From a virus, in the IMG/VR virus record IMGVR_UViG_3300046001_004063, positions 11,098 through 75,097 of that record: a DNA stretch of 64,000 nt; one strand, written 5' to 3'. A model generated the notes under the pieces. That model ran no database searches. It was not told the DNA's origin and worked only from the letters and a program-made list of their open reading frames with translations. The translations under genes were made by a program, and so were the position numbers. This document shows, piece by piece, positions 38,213 to 48,449 of this stretch (its first letter is position 1; the number at the start of each line of letters is the position of its first letter).

Positions 38213-38604
38213 TAGGCAAATCTATGTTTGGATTCCACGTGTTCGGCTGTGCCCATTGTGTCGTCCTGTGGCTGTTCGTCTGACACTAGTAAAATGTCAT
38301 TGGGATCAATGCGCCGGATGGTACGTTCAACACCGTTATCATCGATTTCAATACCACGTGTCCAACGACCGTGTGCCACGCAGATCCAGTTGCCTGGTCG
38401 AACATCCTGTTGCTCCGGGCCCACTGCATACACCTGAGCCCAGCGTGGACGAATACCTAGACCTGTTCCGTTGTCGTTTAACAGCACAATACCAGAACTT
38501 GTTTGTCGCATGTCAAAAGACATATCGCTGACAATTACAGCATCACGCAATGGCTCGAGACTGCTGGCTGATAATTTATATGGTGCAAATGCGGCTTTAC
38601 TCAT
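38212..38604 (-). CDS. GroES/Cpn10-like co-chaperonin
   Basis: LEPLRDAVIV, TSSGIVL, VYAVGP, DILLV. Confidence 0.85.
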   Translation of the reverse strand: MSKAAFAPYKLSASSLEPLRDAVIVSDMSFDMRQTSSGIVLLNDNGTGLGIRPRWAQVYAVGPEQQDVRPGNWICVAHGRWTRGIEIDDNGVERTIRRIDPNDILLVSDEQPQDDTMGTAEHVESKHRFA

Positions 38605-38613
38605 TGATTCCTC

Positions 38614-39189
38614 TTAGATTTTGTTAACGCCAGGCTTGTTTTGTGCCATTTGACGTGGTGTTTTAATTAATTCTTGTTTGACTGTTTGTGCTTTGGCAAT
38701 GGCTGCTGCCAATCCACCACGTGGAATAGGTTTTGCAGGTTCTTGTGCTAGTTCTGGAATGGCAGCTTCTAGTTCGGCAAGTTCTTCTAATGATTCGATT
38801 TCTGGAATTTCTTCAACGTCGACAGGTTCTGGCGCAGGTTGTATCTTATCATGCACAGATACTAACCGCTCATCATTGTATGCATCCAACACTGAATCAC
38901 TTACAACTTTTTCTTTGCGTTTCTTAATCTTGGCTTTTTCTGCCTGTTGCTTTTTGGCAACTGCGGTGCTGGTGGTGGGCTCCATTGCTGATGTGTTTGT
39001 GCTCTGCTTCTGATAGTGTTTTTGTACTTGTTTGTTCTTGGACTCAATCACGCGGTTGGCACTATCAAGTGTATCACCACGAGCATTAACATTCATGTTG
39101 CCAACTGCACGGACGTTTTCGTTTTCTAACATCAATGCGCCAATGTCAACCACACGCCCCATAGCCGATTTATATATTTTTTGTGCCAT
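38614..39189 (-). CDS. hypothetical protein
   Basis: 191-aa ORF with AAGGA RBS. Confidence 0.7.
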   Translation of the reverse strand: MAQKIYKSAMGRVVDIGALMLENENVRAVGNMNVNARGDTLDSANRVIESKNKQVQKHYQKQSTNTSAMEPTTSTAVAKKQQAEKAKIKKRKEKVVSDSVLDAYNDERLVSVHDKIQPAPEPVDVEEIPEIESLEELAELEAAIPELAQEPAKPIPRGGLAAAIAKAQTVKQELIKTPRQMAQNKPGVNKI

Positions 39190-39216
39190 AACTATTCCTT
39201 TGAAATATATGTATAT

Positions 39217-39726
39217 TTAACGTAGAAACTCTTCCACATCTAAATTATAGTACATGCTGTCAATTCGATGTACCTGTAATTTGTACAGTACATAACTGGC
39301 CACACTGGATCCACGCCCAACACCCCATACTATCTTGTGTTCGGTCATTACGTCAACCATGTACACCATAAAACGTAATAGATTAAACAGACCACGTTCT
39401 TGATACAACAACAACTCTTTGCCGCAACGCTGTAGTTCTGCTTCGGTACCGCATAATCCCAGCACATGTGCCGCAATGTCCATGTTTTTGTATTGATCGG
39501 GCATGTGCCATGCGGCTTGTTGCTGTGCGTGAAAGTCGTTGGAATTGGTACGCTCTTTTTCATAGAACCATTGTGGAACTGGATCTAACAATTCATTCAA
39601 GTACTTTAATTCCACAGTTGAATCAACGATCATCCCACTGAGTTCTGTCGGCGTGTGACCTTTCATCACAAGATCGCACACATCATCTTGGGTGTAAATT
39701 AACTCACCAACGTTATTTTGTTTCAT
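39217..39726 (-). CDS. stand-alone fragment of a C-family DNA polymerase (DnaE-like, GRGS region)
   Basis: VWGVGRGSSVASYVLY....HRID...L..EEFL; likely start MKQNNVGE. Confidence 0.82.
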   Translation of the reverse strand: MKQNNVGELIYTQDDVCDLVMKGHTPTELSGMIVDSTVELKYLNELLDPVPQWFYEKERTNSNDFHAQQQAAWHMPDQYKNMDIAAHVLGLCGTEAELQRCGKELLLYQERGLFNLLRFMVYMVDVMTEHKIVWGVGRGSSVASYVLYKLQVHRIDSMYYNLDVEEFLR

Positions 39727-40324
39727 CTTTATTAAAATTAACAAACACAATAGTGTTACCGGTGTCTTCGGAACTGGGTTCATCGTCCTCGGGCCACTGT
39801 AGTTCTAATTCTCTCCAGGATGATACGGCACCCAGGCTCATGATGTTTTCTGTTTCGGATATCTTATTATTGTAGTGCATCAAGTTGGCGTCGTGCCACC
39901 AGCCCTTTTGATCATATGGACCAATTGGCTCTTCGTCACTGTGCATGTACGTTACTTCGCCACCAAGTTCACTGCTGACCTCAACTTCGCCAATGATCAT
40001 GCGGTCTTCACAAATGGCATTTAGTTTGCAGTATAGCATGATACCAATCAGTTGGTCAACCGGTTCATCTGGTAAGGTGGTGATCTTGACACCGGCATTG
40101 GCCAACAGTTTGCATTGTTCTTCATTGCTGCCATTGATAAACACACTGGATTCTAGTGAGTCTGCAATGAAAAATTTAATACGATCAAATGCAACATTGT
40201 GACTTTCACCATCCATTGTTGTGGTCATCATCCATAAACGAACCCGGTAATTGTTCATTCTCAGCATGCCGTCAAAATAACACCCGGCCATGAAGTCAAT
40301 GGAGTATTGTAGTCTTACATTCAT
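39713..40324 (-). CDS. hypothetical protein, possible degenerate QueD/T-fold
   Basis: pattern similarity only. Confidence 0.6.
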   Translation of the reverse strand: MNVRLQYSIDFMAGCYFDGMLRMNNYRVRLWMMTTTMDGESHNVAFDRIKFFIADSLESSVFINGSNEEQCKLLANAGVKITTLPDEPVDQLIGIMLYCKLNAICEDRMIIGEVEVSSELGGEVTYMHSDEEPIGPYDQKGWWHDANLMHYNNKISETENIMSLGAVSSWRELELQWPEDDEPSSEDTGNTIVFVNFNKDETK

Positions 40325-40569
40325 GATATATCAATGATTTGATCAAAGTTGGGACCTCGCCCGTCTTTGTCATTTTGTTTGTTAAACAGAGCTGTGGATT
40401 TCTCTGTGTACTTGGTTTGATATGTTTCGATTGCCATTTGAATTTGGCGCACCAGTTCAGTATTGCCCATTCTAATAGCAATACCCATTTTTTTGTTGAG
40501 TTCTGATATTTTGGAGCCTAGCTCATCAATGGTCAATGAGTCTACGCTGTTTATTAACGGATGTTCCAT
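40321..40569 (-). CDS. hypothetical coiled-coil protein
   Basis: 82-aa ORF. Confidence 0.7.
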   Translation of the reverse strand: MEHPLINSVDSLTIDELGSKISELNKKMGIAIRMGNTELVRQIQMAIETYQTKYTEKSTALFNKQNDKDGRGPNFDQIIDIS

Positions 40570-40575
40570 GCGTTA

Positions 40576-40604
40576 ATTGTACAGCAGGTTGACAGCAAAG
40601 TCAA
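40576..40604 (-). promoter_or_regulatory. sigma70-type promoter with a 9-bp inverted repeat over the -35
   Basis: TTGACT-17-TACAAT; CAGGTTGAC-N6-GTCAACCTG. Confidence 0.7.
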
Positions 40605-40613
40605 CCTGTTTGG

Positions 40614-41522
40614 TCAGGCAAACACTGCTCCGTTGTTGCCGATGCAATACCATTTGGAGTTTGTGTACATTAGTGTAACTGCATCACCAATGTCGTTGAA
40701 TGTAATGGTGCCTGTACCACTTGACTTCCATCCTGCGTTGGTCACAGTAACAACCATATCACCAGTGTCACCGGCCATTGCTAGTACTTTAACTTGCCCA
40801 TCTGTGCCAGCAGCCAATGTTGCTGTTTCGGCAGCGGCAGTTGTAAAATAACTGGTAGTTTTTGTCAGACTTGCGGCAGCGGCACTGGCTAAGTCTTCGC
40901 TTCCGGTCAAGAACAATGGATTTGTATACAAATTGCGAGGGCGAGTTAGTTCACTTAGATAAACTGTGTTGCCACCATCGTCTGTGTGGAATTGAAATTC
41001 ATATGTGCCTGTTTGAGCAAATGTAATAATGTTGCTGGCGAAGCCTTCGATACCCGTGACACTGGCAGAGGCTGCGCCATTACCAACAGCAGCCGGCAAT
41101 GTCAAGGTGTGTGCAGTACTGGCCACAGTAACTCGAACAGTGACAAAACTCAGTGTGCCTGCGGCAGAAAAGTTAGTGAATGCCAAACTGATGCTGCCAC
41201 CAGTTGTTACAGTTTGGTAATGACCGGCAGCATAGTTGATGCCAACACTTCCACTGAGTGTACCCAGTGCTACACGAGTCAAGGACATGTCTTGTAATTG
41301 CGCATTGCTTAACACAGATCCGTTCATGTTGTTGTCAAGCACAGTTCCTGTCAGTGCGGCTTTTAACACAGCATAAGATTGCAATTGACTAATTTCGTCA
41401 GCGGCAAACTGGAAATTGGTCTTGGTATTGGTGAAGTTGTCGCGAAAACCTTGCGAATTGTTATCTTGCCCGGCTACAGGGTATGCGCCGTCGATGTTGT
41501 TGGGGTTAATGTTTGATGACAT
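40614..41522 (-). CDS. virion structural protein (tail/baseplate fibre-like)
   Basis: YPVAGQDNNSQGFRDNF N-terminus; Thr/Ala/Gly-rich. Confidence 0.7.
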   Translation of the reverse strand: MSSNINPNNIDGAYPVAGQDNNSQGFRDNFTNTKTNFQFAADEISQLQSYAVLKAALTGTVLDNNMNGSVLSNAQLQDMSLTRVALGTLSGSVGINYAAGHYQTVTTGGSISLAFTNFSAAGTLSFVTVRVTVASTAHTLTLPAAVGNGAASASVTGIEGFASNIITFAQTGTYEFQFHTDDGGNTVYLSELTRPRNLYTNPLFLTGSEDLASAAAASLTKTTSYFTTAAAETATLAAGTDGQVKVLAMAGDTGDMVVTVTNAGWKSSGTGTITFNDIGDAVTLMYTNSKWYCIGNNGAVFA

Positions 41523-41573
41523 TTGTTTATCCTAATTTGTTAGTGTATTTAGCACGATTATACGTTGCTTAAA

Positions 41574-43049
41574 TTATCCTATGTACCAATTGGAGCCGTC
41601 GCTCCACACAGGAACAACATTTGATCCTCCGGATCCTACTAGTGTTCCAAAATTGCTGGCAGCAACCAAGTTAGCATTGTTAATAAATGCGCGAGCACCT
41701 GCTACGGCTGTCAAGTTGGCCAATGCAGTAGGTGTTGTTTTTACTGCACCAGAAACATAGGCATTTCCGTTAACGCTGAGTGTGTCAACAGGAGTGGCAT
41801 TGCCAATGCCAACATTGCCGTTGATGTCAACTGTGACACGAGTTACGCCTCCTGTTTCAATTGATATCGGAAGATATGAGGCAGTTCCTGTTTTTGTAGA
41901 TCTTAGTAACACATTACTAGATGTAGCAACAATTGCCAAAACTCCAGCATTGCCGACATCGGATGAGTTGTATCCTCCAAACCCTGCAGTAGTGTCTGTG
42001 CCACTGGGCATAGCCCCAACCAATGTGGTACTATTTGCAACTGATGTTTGGAATACTGTTCTAGTGGCCGGGCCGCTGCTGAAATCGCCATAGATCTTTT
42101 TACCAGCGGGTATTGCTATGTTCCCACCTATGACATTACCTGTGGCCGATATGTTCCCACCTGTGACATTACCTGTGGCCGATATGTTCCCACCTGTGAC
42201 ATTACCTGTGGCCGATATGTCCCCAATTGTGTTAATGTCTCCGTGAACCGATAAATCATCTAAAACAGACACAGCAGTTGAATCATCGCTAGCAATAGTG
42301 TTGATCACAAGATTGTATCCAGAAATATTGCCTGCAACATCAGCACCTGTGCTGGTCACAACCAACACATTACTAGTTCCATTCACTCCAATTGTTACGT
42401 TACCGTTTGTGTTGGTAATGTCAACATTGCTTGATCCATTTTTAATACTGTTAACAGTGATATCAGTACCGATGAAGTTTCCAGTGACTGTTAAATTGTT
42501 TATGACAGCATTGCCTACTACATCAAGTGAATCAGAAATTAAATCGCCAACTACTTCTAATCCATCGTTGACAGTCACGTATGTTGAATCATCGCTGTAA
42601 ATATAATTGACTGTAAGATTACCTGTGTTGACATTGCCACCGTTGATGTTGCCCACGGCTGTTATTAATCCTGCTGTTACCAAGTTGCCACCTGTAACGT
42701 TGCCAGTGGCACTGACATTTACAAATGCTAAATTTGCAACTGCCAATGTGCCGTTGATAATGATATTGTTACCTGTGATATTTCCAGTGACACTTACATT
42801 TGTACCTGTATAATTAACACCAATTACAGCATTGGCCCTGACAATACCATTGGTAGAGACATTGCCAGCTGTCACATTACCATACGCAGACAAACTGTTC
42901 AGTGTGCCAACATCGGTAATATTGCTTTGATTGTTGCCAGTTACATAAGTTGCTGTGAGAGTACTAGCACTCACATTGGCAAAGTTTGCATCCAACTCAC
43001 TGAGTGGTATGTTGCCGGATTGTGTTGCGAAATTAAAAGGAACGGTCAT
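41574..43049 (-). CDS. tail-fibre-like protein with GNVTG beta-repeats
   Basis: repeated ATGNVTGGN; GNVGIG; C-terminal PVWSDGSNW. Confidence 0.75.
   Translation of the reverse strand: MTVPFNFATQSGNIPLSELDANFANVSASTLTATYVTGNNQSNITDVGTLNSLSAYGNVTAGNVSTNGIVRANAVIGVNYTGTNVSVTGNITGNNIIINGTLAVANLAFVNVSATGNVTGGNLVTAGLITAVGNINGGNVNTGNLTVNYIYSDDSTYVTVNDGLEVVGDLISDSLDVVGNAVINNLTVTGNFIGTDITVNSIKNGSSNVDITNTNGNVTIGVNGTSNVLVVTSTGADVAGNISGYNLVINTIASDDSTAVSVLDDLSVHGDINTIGDISATGNVTGGNISATGNVTGGNISATGNVIGGNIAIPAGKKIYGDFSSGPATRTVFQTSVANSTTLVGAMPSGTDTTAGFGGYNSSDVGNAGVLAIVATSSNVLLRSTKTGTASYLPISIETGGVTRVTVDINGNVGIGNATPVDTLSVNGNAYVSGAVKTTPTALANLTAVAGARAFINNANLVAASNFGTLVGSGGSNVVPVWSDGSNWYIG
42116..42219. repeat. 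33-bp tandem repeat, about 3 copies, encoding ISATGNVTGGN
   Basis: GATATGTTCCCACCTGTGACATTACCTGTGGCC repeated. Confidence 0.85.
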
Positions 43050-43064
43050 TGTTATCTTTCTTTG

Positions 43065-45581
43065 TTAAAGTTGTGATGGATCATTTATCCATTCAACTGC
43101 ATCGGTATCATCGTTGACCCATTCAACTGTGGCAGAAGAATTATTGGTCCATGCCACTGGTTCTGCAGGAATAATTGGGCTCACTGGTGAAATAATATTT
43201 CTTCTTGGGAACACCAGATACTTGTCGTAGTCTTGTGTGTTGCTGTCAAGATATATATCCACTGGTGTAATGAATCGTAAACTTCCGCCATCAAATACAG
43301 TCTGCGGACCTGGAGAAAGATCGAACGTTGTTTCTGCTGGTGGTTGTGGCTCCCACTGATCGTATTCGGGGCTCCAGTTGTGTGTTAATGCACGATCCAA
43401 TTCGTAACGGTCAACCTGGAAGTCTATTAGATTTAAACTTGTTCCAAATTGTGTACGTATATTATAGGCAACTTGTCCACTTTGGCCTGGCTTCACATAT
43501 GCAATAACCCAGGCTGGTGTAAATCCCAACACACGGCCATCAGTTTGTTTTGACAACATCCACAATGGTAACAAATTACTGCTTTGTCCAACAACATCAA
43601 TCACCTGGTCACGCATGTTTATCAAACTGTTGGGGTATACCACATCAATTTCTGCTGGGGTATTTGGATCTATTGGATAAGGAATCACAACTTGTTTGCC
43701 AACGCTCTGGCCCGAACTGTTGACTAAATTATCAACTACACGACTATAAACCACTTCGTATAGAACTTCTCCAGTGATCGGGTCTAAGGCCCGTGCTGTG
43801 GAAATTTCTCCCAGTACTAGATTTTTCCAGTAATGATTTAGGTACAAACTAGACACATAATCTATGTAGGTGGCTGCGGTCAATCCATAAGCATGATTAT
43901 AAATTACCTGTGTGGCACGGCCAAAGTTTGGATCATCTGCTCGGTATAATGATTCAACAGGGATGGCAATTGTATTTTGCAACAAATCGTTGATCAGATC
44001 TCGATCGTTCTGTGGTGGCATAGCCTGTATATAAAGATTTTCGTAGGGCTGGTTAAATGCTCTGTTCACAACAATGGAGAAAGTTTTATACACACTGATA
44101 TTACTGCCACCATTGAATGCTTCCACTGTAAAGACAAATTCCATGTCAAACGTGGTTGGTGTAGTCACATTACGATTGCTACTGACCACATCAAAAGTTG
44201 TTGTGCCGCCATCCAATGCAAATGTATTAAAGCTGACACGACCAACAATGTTGCCTGATGACCTCAACTCTAAACCCTGCGGCAATCTACTGTCACTGCC
44301 GGATTTAAGTCTATACTCTAGGCCAATGCCGTCTACATTATAGGCCGAAACATACAGTGTGCTTATTGCTCCGGTGTTGATAGTGCCCAATGGACTAGGA
44401 TTCAACGCACGATCAACTGCTGTGCTGGGTGTTGTCCAAATGATCTCTGTGCCAATTTGTCCAATGATGGTCAAACTGTAACTTTGATAAGGGCTAGTTA
44501 CATCAGGATTATCAAGTTGGGAAACACGTATAGAAAAGTCGTATGTTTGTTCGGTCAACCCTGTGTTGGGGATATAACCATATAACCACCCGCTGTTTGG
44601 ATCAAGAGTCAAGCCAGGCGGCAACTCGTAGGTGCCACGGTCAAATCCTGTCGTGTCGTACGGATCAGAGTCGTAGCCAACTCCCGCGCCTACGATAATA
44701 TCATATACAATTGTATTACCGTCAAGGTCAATTCCGTCAAACTTGAATGCATAAAAGTTGTCGTTGCGAACAGTTCCAATGCTGCCTTCTGGTGTTAACA
44801 ACAGTGGCGGACGTATTGGAGAGCCGTCGGCCGTGATGAATGTATTATCTGCAGTGAAATCTGTTGTGTCTGCAGTCAAACTGTCCCGACTGTATACTTG
44901 AATATTAAATGTACGTATATTACTAGATTTGCCATCAGTGACTTCAAGAATAAATTCATAATTTACATTTAAACTATTTGTGGAAAAGTCAAAATCATAT
45001 TCATCATATCCTTGACCATCTCTAGAAAATCCTGCAATAGCATCACTTGGCGTTTCCGGGGCAATAAATCCTGATATAACCCCTTTGGTAGTTATAGTAG
45101 TGCCGGGCGGCAACGTTCCTGCAATCAGCCTTACAACCACCGCATCTAATGGATCAGTATCAGTGTACTCAATTTGCAAATCTATCACTTGACTACCATC
45201 AAAATATGTGGCAATAAGTCCAGGTGGTGTGATAAACTCTGGAACGTCTTGTCCAGCCACTGTCATACTAAATGTTCGATCAGCCAGTCTATTGACCACA
45301 GTAACGGTGCCAACTGTTTTCTTTGTATAGGCACGAACTGCAAACTTACTAACTGTATCTCTGGACACTAGATCCGGAACACCTTGCACATTAACGTACG
45401 GAACTCCAACAATTGCACCAGTGTCTGTCAATTGTACACCTGTGGGCAATTCTCCAGCAATCAACCTATAGAACAAAGTGTCATCTACCACTTCTGCTAA
45501 TAATGGCAATTGGAAGAACACGCCCTCGGGATATGTTCCTAAATTACCTGCAGGAGTAAGCCACACTGGTTGCGCTGTCAT
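43065..45581 (-). CDS. baseplate wedge-like protein with Ig-like (He_PIG-type) repeats
   Basis: repeated G.LP.GL.L...G.I.G motifs; structural gene cluster. Confidence 0.7.
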   Translation of the reverse strand: MTAQPVWLTPAGNLGTYPEGVFFQLPLLAEVVDDTLFYRLIAGELPTGVQLTDTGAIVGVPYVNVQGVPDLVSRDTVSKFAVRAYTKKTVGTVTVVNRLADRTFSMTVAGQDVPEFITPPGLIATYFDGSQVIDLQIEYTDTDPLDAVVVRLIAGTLPPGTTITTKGVISGFIAPETPSDAIAGFSRDGQGYDEYDFDFSTNSLNVNYEFILEVTDGKSSNIRTFNIQVYSRDSLTADTTDFTADNTFITADGSPIRPPLLLTPEGSIGTVRNDNFYAFKFDGIDLDGNTIVYDIIVGAGVGYDSDPYDTTGFDRGTYELPPGLTLDPNSGWLYGYIPNTGLTEQTYDFSIRVSQLDNPDVTSPYQSYSLTIIGQIGTEIIWTTPSTAVDRALNPSPLGTINTGAISTLYVSAYNVDGIGLEYRLKSGSDSRLPQGLELRSSGNIVGRVSFNTFALDGGTTTFDVVSSNRNVTTPTTFDMEFVFTVEAFNGGSNISVYKTFSIVVNRAFNQPYENLYIQAMPPQNDRDLINDLLQNTIAIPVESLYRADDPNFGRATQVIYNHAYGLTAATYIDYVSSLYLNHYWKNLVLGEISTARALDPITGEVLYEVVYSRVVDNLVNSSGQSVGKQVVIPYPIDPNTPAEIDVVYPNSLINMRDQVIDVVGQSSNLLPLWMLSKQTDGRVLGFTPAWVIAYVKPGQSGQVAYNIRTQFGTSLNLIDFQVDRYELDRALTHNWSPEYDQWEPQPPAETTFDLSPGPQTVFDGGSLRFITPVDIYLDSNTQDYDKYLVFPRRNIISPVSPIIPAEPVAWTNNSSATVEWVNDDTDAVEWINDPSQL

Positions 45582-47519
45582 TTATAGTCTTCCAACAACA
45601 ACTTCAATAATACTGTGATCGCCTGTTGATGCTTCTAACGCTTTGCCAATCACAGTGCCCATCATTGGGGTTTGTTTAGATTGAGCATAGCCGTTGCCTG
45701 CTGATACAAGCATGTCGCCTTTGGCAACTGTGCCACGCACTCGACATGGAACTCGGCCCAACAATGCCACTGCTACCACATGCTCACTGTTCAACATGCT
45801 GTTCATCAAATGAGCAGGTTGAGTAGACACAATTCCTGCAACTCGCGCAGTTTCGTCTGCAGCAATGGTAACTTCTTTGCTGCCACCAAATTCAAGCACC
45901 GTGCCAGGCTCATAGGCAGCATCTGCTGTGTAGTTTTCTGCTATGTCAGCGTATTGTGCCGATGTTGCAGTTCCAACAAAATATGACCCAATGACGTTGC
46001 CTGTGGCACTTACTTGGCCGCCAGTTAATAAATTACCAGTTGTTGTATTTCCAGTCACACTCAATGAGGCTAATGTGCCTATGCTATTTGCAACTACGCC
46101 AGTCAATTGACTACCATTGCCAAAGAAATAGCTACCAGTGATGTTGCCTACAGCCGACATGGTTGAATTTGAGATCACCTGTCCACCAGTGACATTTCCA
46201 GTGGCAATAACGTCGGAAGTAGCCCTCAAGTTACTGCCAGTGACATTACCAGTACTTACAAATCGTCCTGACAGAAATATATTTGCGGCATTTACATTGC
46301 CGGTAGCACTGATAATATTGCCAAATACATCTCCAGTTGCACTGATCAATCCACCTGTTAATACATTACCGCCGGCACTGACACTTCCAACAGTGCGTAA
46401 GTTGCCTCCGGTGATGTTGCCCGAGGCCGACATGGTTAAATCTGAGTTTACATGCGCACCACTGACATTTCCAGTGGCAATAACACCAGAAGTGGCCAAC
46501 AAGTTACTGCCAGTGACGTTACCAACACTTACAAATCTTCCTGTCAGATATATATTTGCAGAATTCACATTGCCCAGGACTTCTATGCCATTGGGTACAA
46601 ATTGCGCTACATTTGAAACACCATCGATGTTGACCAAAATATTTCCAGCCGACCCTGCAACTGATAGAATAGATGTGCCATTGGCAATCTGTGTTACAGC
46701 CACGTTGCTGACTACGGTGACATTACTTAAAAATCCGCCGTCACCAATGATATAGGCTCCAGAGACGTTTCCAACAGCAACAACATTTGCAGATGTGTTG
46801 ATATTTCCAACAGAACTTATTGTGCCGCCGGTTGTGACATTTCCTAGTGTGGCAGTTCCGGTTGCGCTTACTACACCGCCGGTTAAGACGTTACCACCGG
46901 TTACAGTACCGGTTGCACTGGCCGCGCCTGCTGTCTCCAATCCGCTGGCTGAATAAACAATGCCAGTGGCACTTACAGCACCAGTTGTGCGCAAGTTTCC
47001 GGCACTGACATTGCCGGTTGTACTGAGTGTGCCAGCAGTGACATTACCAGATATAACAACACCTGTGGTTGTGAACACAGCAACGTTTGATGTACCGTTG
47101 ATTGTTATGTTTGCATTGCCGTTGTTGGCCAGGGTAATGTTGGTATTGCCATTGATAATCTCTGGGCCAGCCCCGGCTATTACGTTGGTTAATTGGCTGC
47201 CATCACCAATGTAATAATTGGCTGTGACGTTGCCAGTTGCTGACAAAGCAGTGATATTGGCCTGGGCGGCATTTGGAACTTCTCTCCAAATTACAGATGA
47301 CCCATTGTAATTTGCAAAACAATAATAGTAATATTCTGCGTCGTACGCAGTCATGCCTGCAACGTCGCCCACGCTGCCTGTTAACGCAACAGGAGGTACA
47401 GTTTGAATTCTGGAGTAAAGTTCTCCAAAATTGTTGTTTGTTTTGGTAAATGCGGTGCGTATGGGATCGCCTTGTCCGTCATTCGGAGCCGCACCTACAT
47501 TGATAATTTCACGAGCCAT
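45582..47519 (-). CDS. tail fibre with gp9/gp10-like N-terminus and C-terminal chaperone/peptidase-like domain
   Basis: INVG..PNDGQGDPIRTAF.K.N.NF.ELY; ADIAENY...GRVPC.V.G...KGD. Confidence 0.8.
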   Translation of the reverse strand: MAREIINVGAAPNDGQGDPIRTAFTKTNNNFGELYSRIQTVPPVALTGSVGDVAGMTAYDAEYYYYCFANYNGSSVIWREVPNAAQANITALSATGNVTANYYIGDGSQLTNVIAGAGPEIINGNTNITLANNGNANITINGTSNVAVFTTTGVVISGNVTAGTLSTTGNVSAGNLRTTGAVSATGIVYSASGLETAGAASATGTVTGGNVLTGGVVSATGTATLGNVTTGGTISSVGNINTSANVVAVGNVSGAYIIGDGGFLSNVTVVSNVAVTQIANGTSILSVAGSAGNILVNIDGVSNVAQFVPNGIEVLGNVNSANIYLTGRFVSVGNVTGSNLLATSGVIATGNVSGAHVNSDLTMSASGNITGGNLRTVGSVSAGGNVLTGGLISATGDVFGNIISATGNVNAANIFLSGRFVSTGNVTGSNLRATSDVIATGNVTGGQVISNSTMSAVGNITGSYFFGNGSQLTGVVANSIGTLASLSVTGNTTTGNLLTGGQVSATGNVIGSYFVGTATSAQYADIAENYTADAAYEPGTVLEFGGSKEVTIAADETARVAGIVSTQPAHLMNSMLNSEHVVAVALLGRVPCRVRGTVAKGDMLVSAGNGYAQSKQTPMMGTVIGKALEASTGDHSIIEVVVGRL

Positions 47520-47575
47520 ATATTTGAGTCCTCTGGTAGTGTATTTACCAGATCACTCACGCTCGGTGTTTTGCG

Positions 47576-47899
47576 TTAACTCGGACTAAAACTGCTGCCG
47601 CAGCCGCAAGTTGACACTGCTTGCGGGTTATTAATAGCAAAACTACTGCCCATTGCGCCTTCTTCGTAGCGTATGCTGGAGCCTTGAAGGTATTGCCAAC
47701 TCATTGAGTCAACCAGCACTTTCACTGTGTCGTATTCAAAGTCCATGTCGTCTTCGTTTTGCACTTCATCCAGCGTAAACCCGTAACTAAATCCAGAACA
47801 GCCACCTCCCTGCACAAATACACGTAGTTTAATGTCAGGATTGTTTTCTTCTGCTAGTATGTCTTTGAGTTTTACAACTGCACTGGGTTCTAATATCAT
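47576..47899 (-). CDS. erpA: Fe-S cluster insertion protein, ErpA/IscA family
   Basis: [16 protein letters not shown]. Confidence 0.9.
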   Translation of the reverse strand: MILEPSAVVKLKDILAEENNPDIKLRVFVQGGGCSGFSYGFTLDEVQNEDDMDFEYDTVKVLVDSMSWQYLQGSSIRYEEGAMGSSFAINNPQAVSTCGCGSSFSPS

Positions 47900-48441
47900 T
47901 ATAGTCTTTCGTTACAAACATCCCAGTCAATAATTTTCCATATATTGTCCAGGTATTTTTCTTTGTCCCATTGGTAGTCCAGGGCCCATACATGTTCCCA
48001 CCAATCAATAAGTACGCATATATCTGTACGCACAGCATGGTTGGGAATTGTTTTGATTGTGCCGGTGGTACTGAGATAAACCCATCCGGATCCTTGGATT
48101 TTCATTGCAGTTTCTTTGACTGCTTGTTTAAAGTCTTCGTATGTTTTAAAGTGTTCTTCTATCAGTGCCAGTACTGCACCGCGTGGTCTGTTGGCACCCT
48201 TAGGAGCTCGGAGTTGGGGGAAAAACTTATTGTGCAGGAAACTGCCAGCACGATTAAAATCCGCATTGCCTTCGCCTGCATTGTAACGCCGGGCATACCC
48301 TTTGGCCAAATGTCCATAATGGTATTCTAAACTTTCTTTGCTCAGTACTGGCTCAAGGTCTTTCTCACCGTAAGGCAGTGGTGTAGTTTCCAGTTTGGCT
48401 GGTCGAGTGCTTGCTTCGATTAGATCAATTTGTTCACGCAT
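47899..48441 (-). CDS. Fe/Mn superoxide dismutase
   Basis: LPY...LEP, EYHY, HNKFF, QGSGW, DWWEH. Confidence 0.88.
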   Translation of the reverse strand: MREQIDLIEASTRPAKLETTPLPYGEKDLEPVLSKESLEYHYGHLAKGYARRYNAGEGNADFNRAGSFLHNKFFPQLRAPKGANRPRGAVLALIEEHFKTYEDFKQAVKETAMKIQGSGWVYLSTTGTIKTIPNHAVRTDICVLIDWWEHVWALDYQWDKEKYLDNIWKIIDWDVCNERL

Positions 48442-48449
48442 AAGGATAT

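Noticed and set aside
42116-42219. 33-bp repeat as a CRISPR array or DGR repeat
   Set aside because: Contiguous in-frame coding tandem with no spacers; no cas or reverse transcriptase gene.
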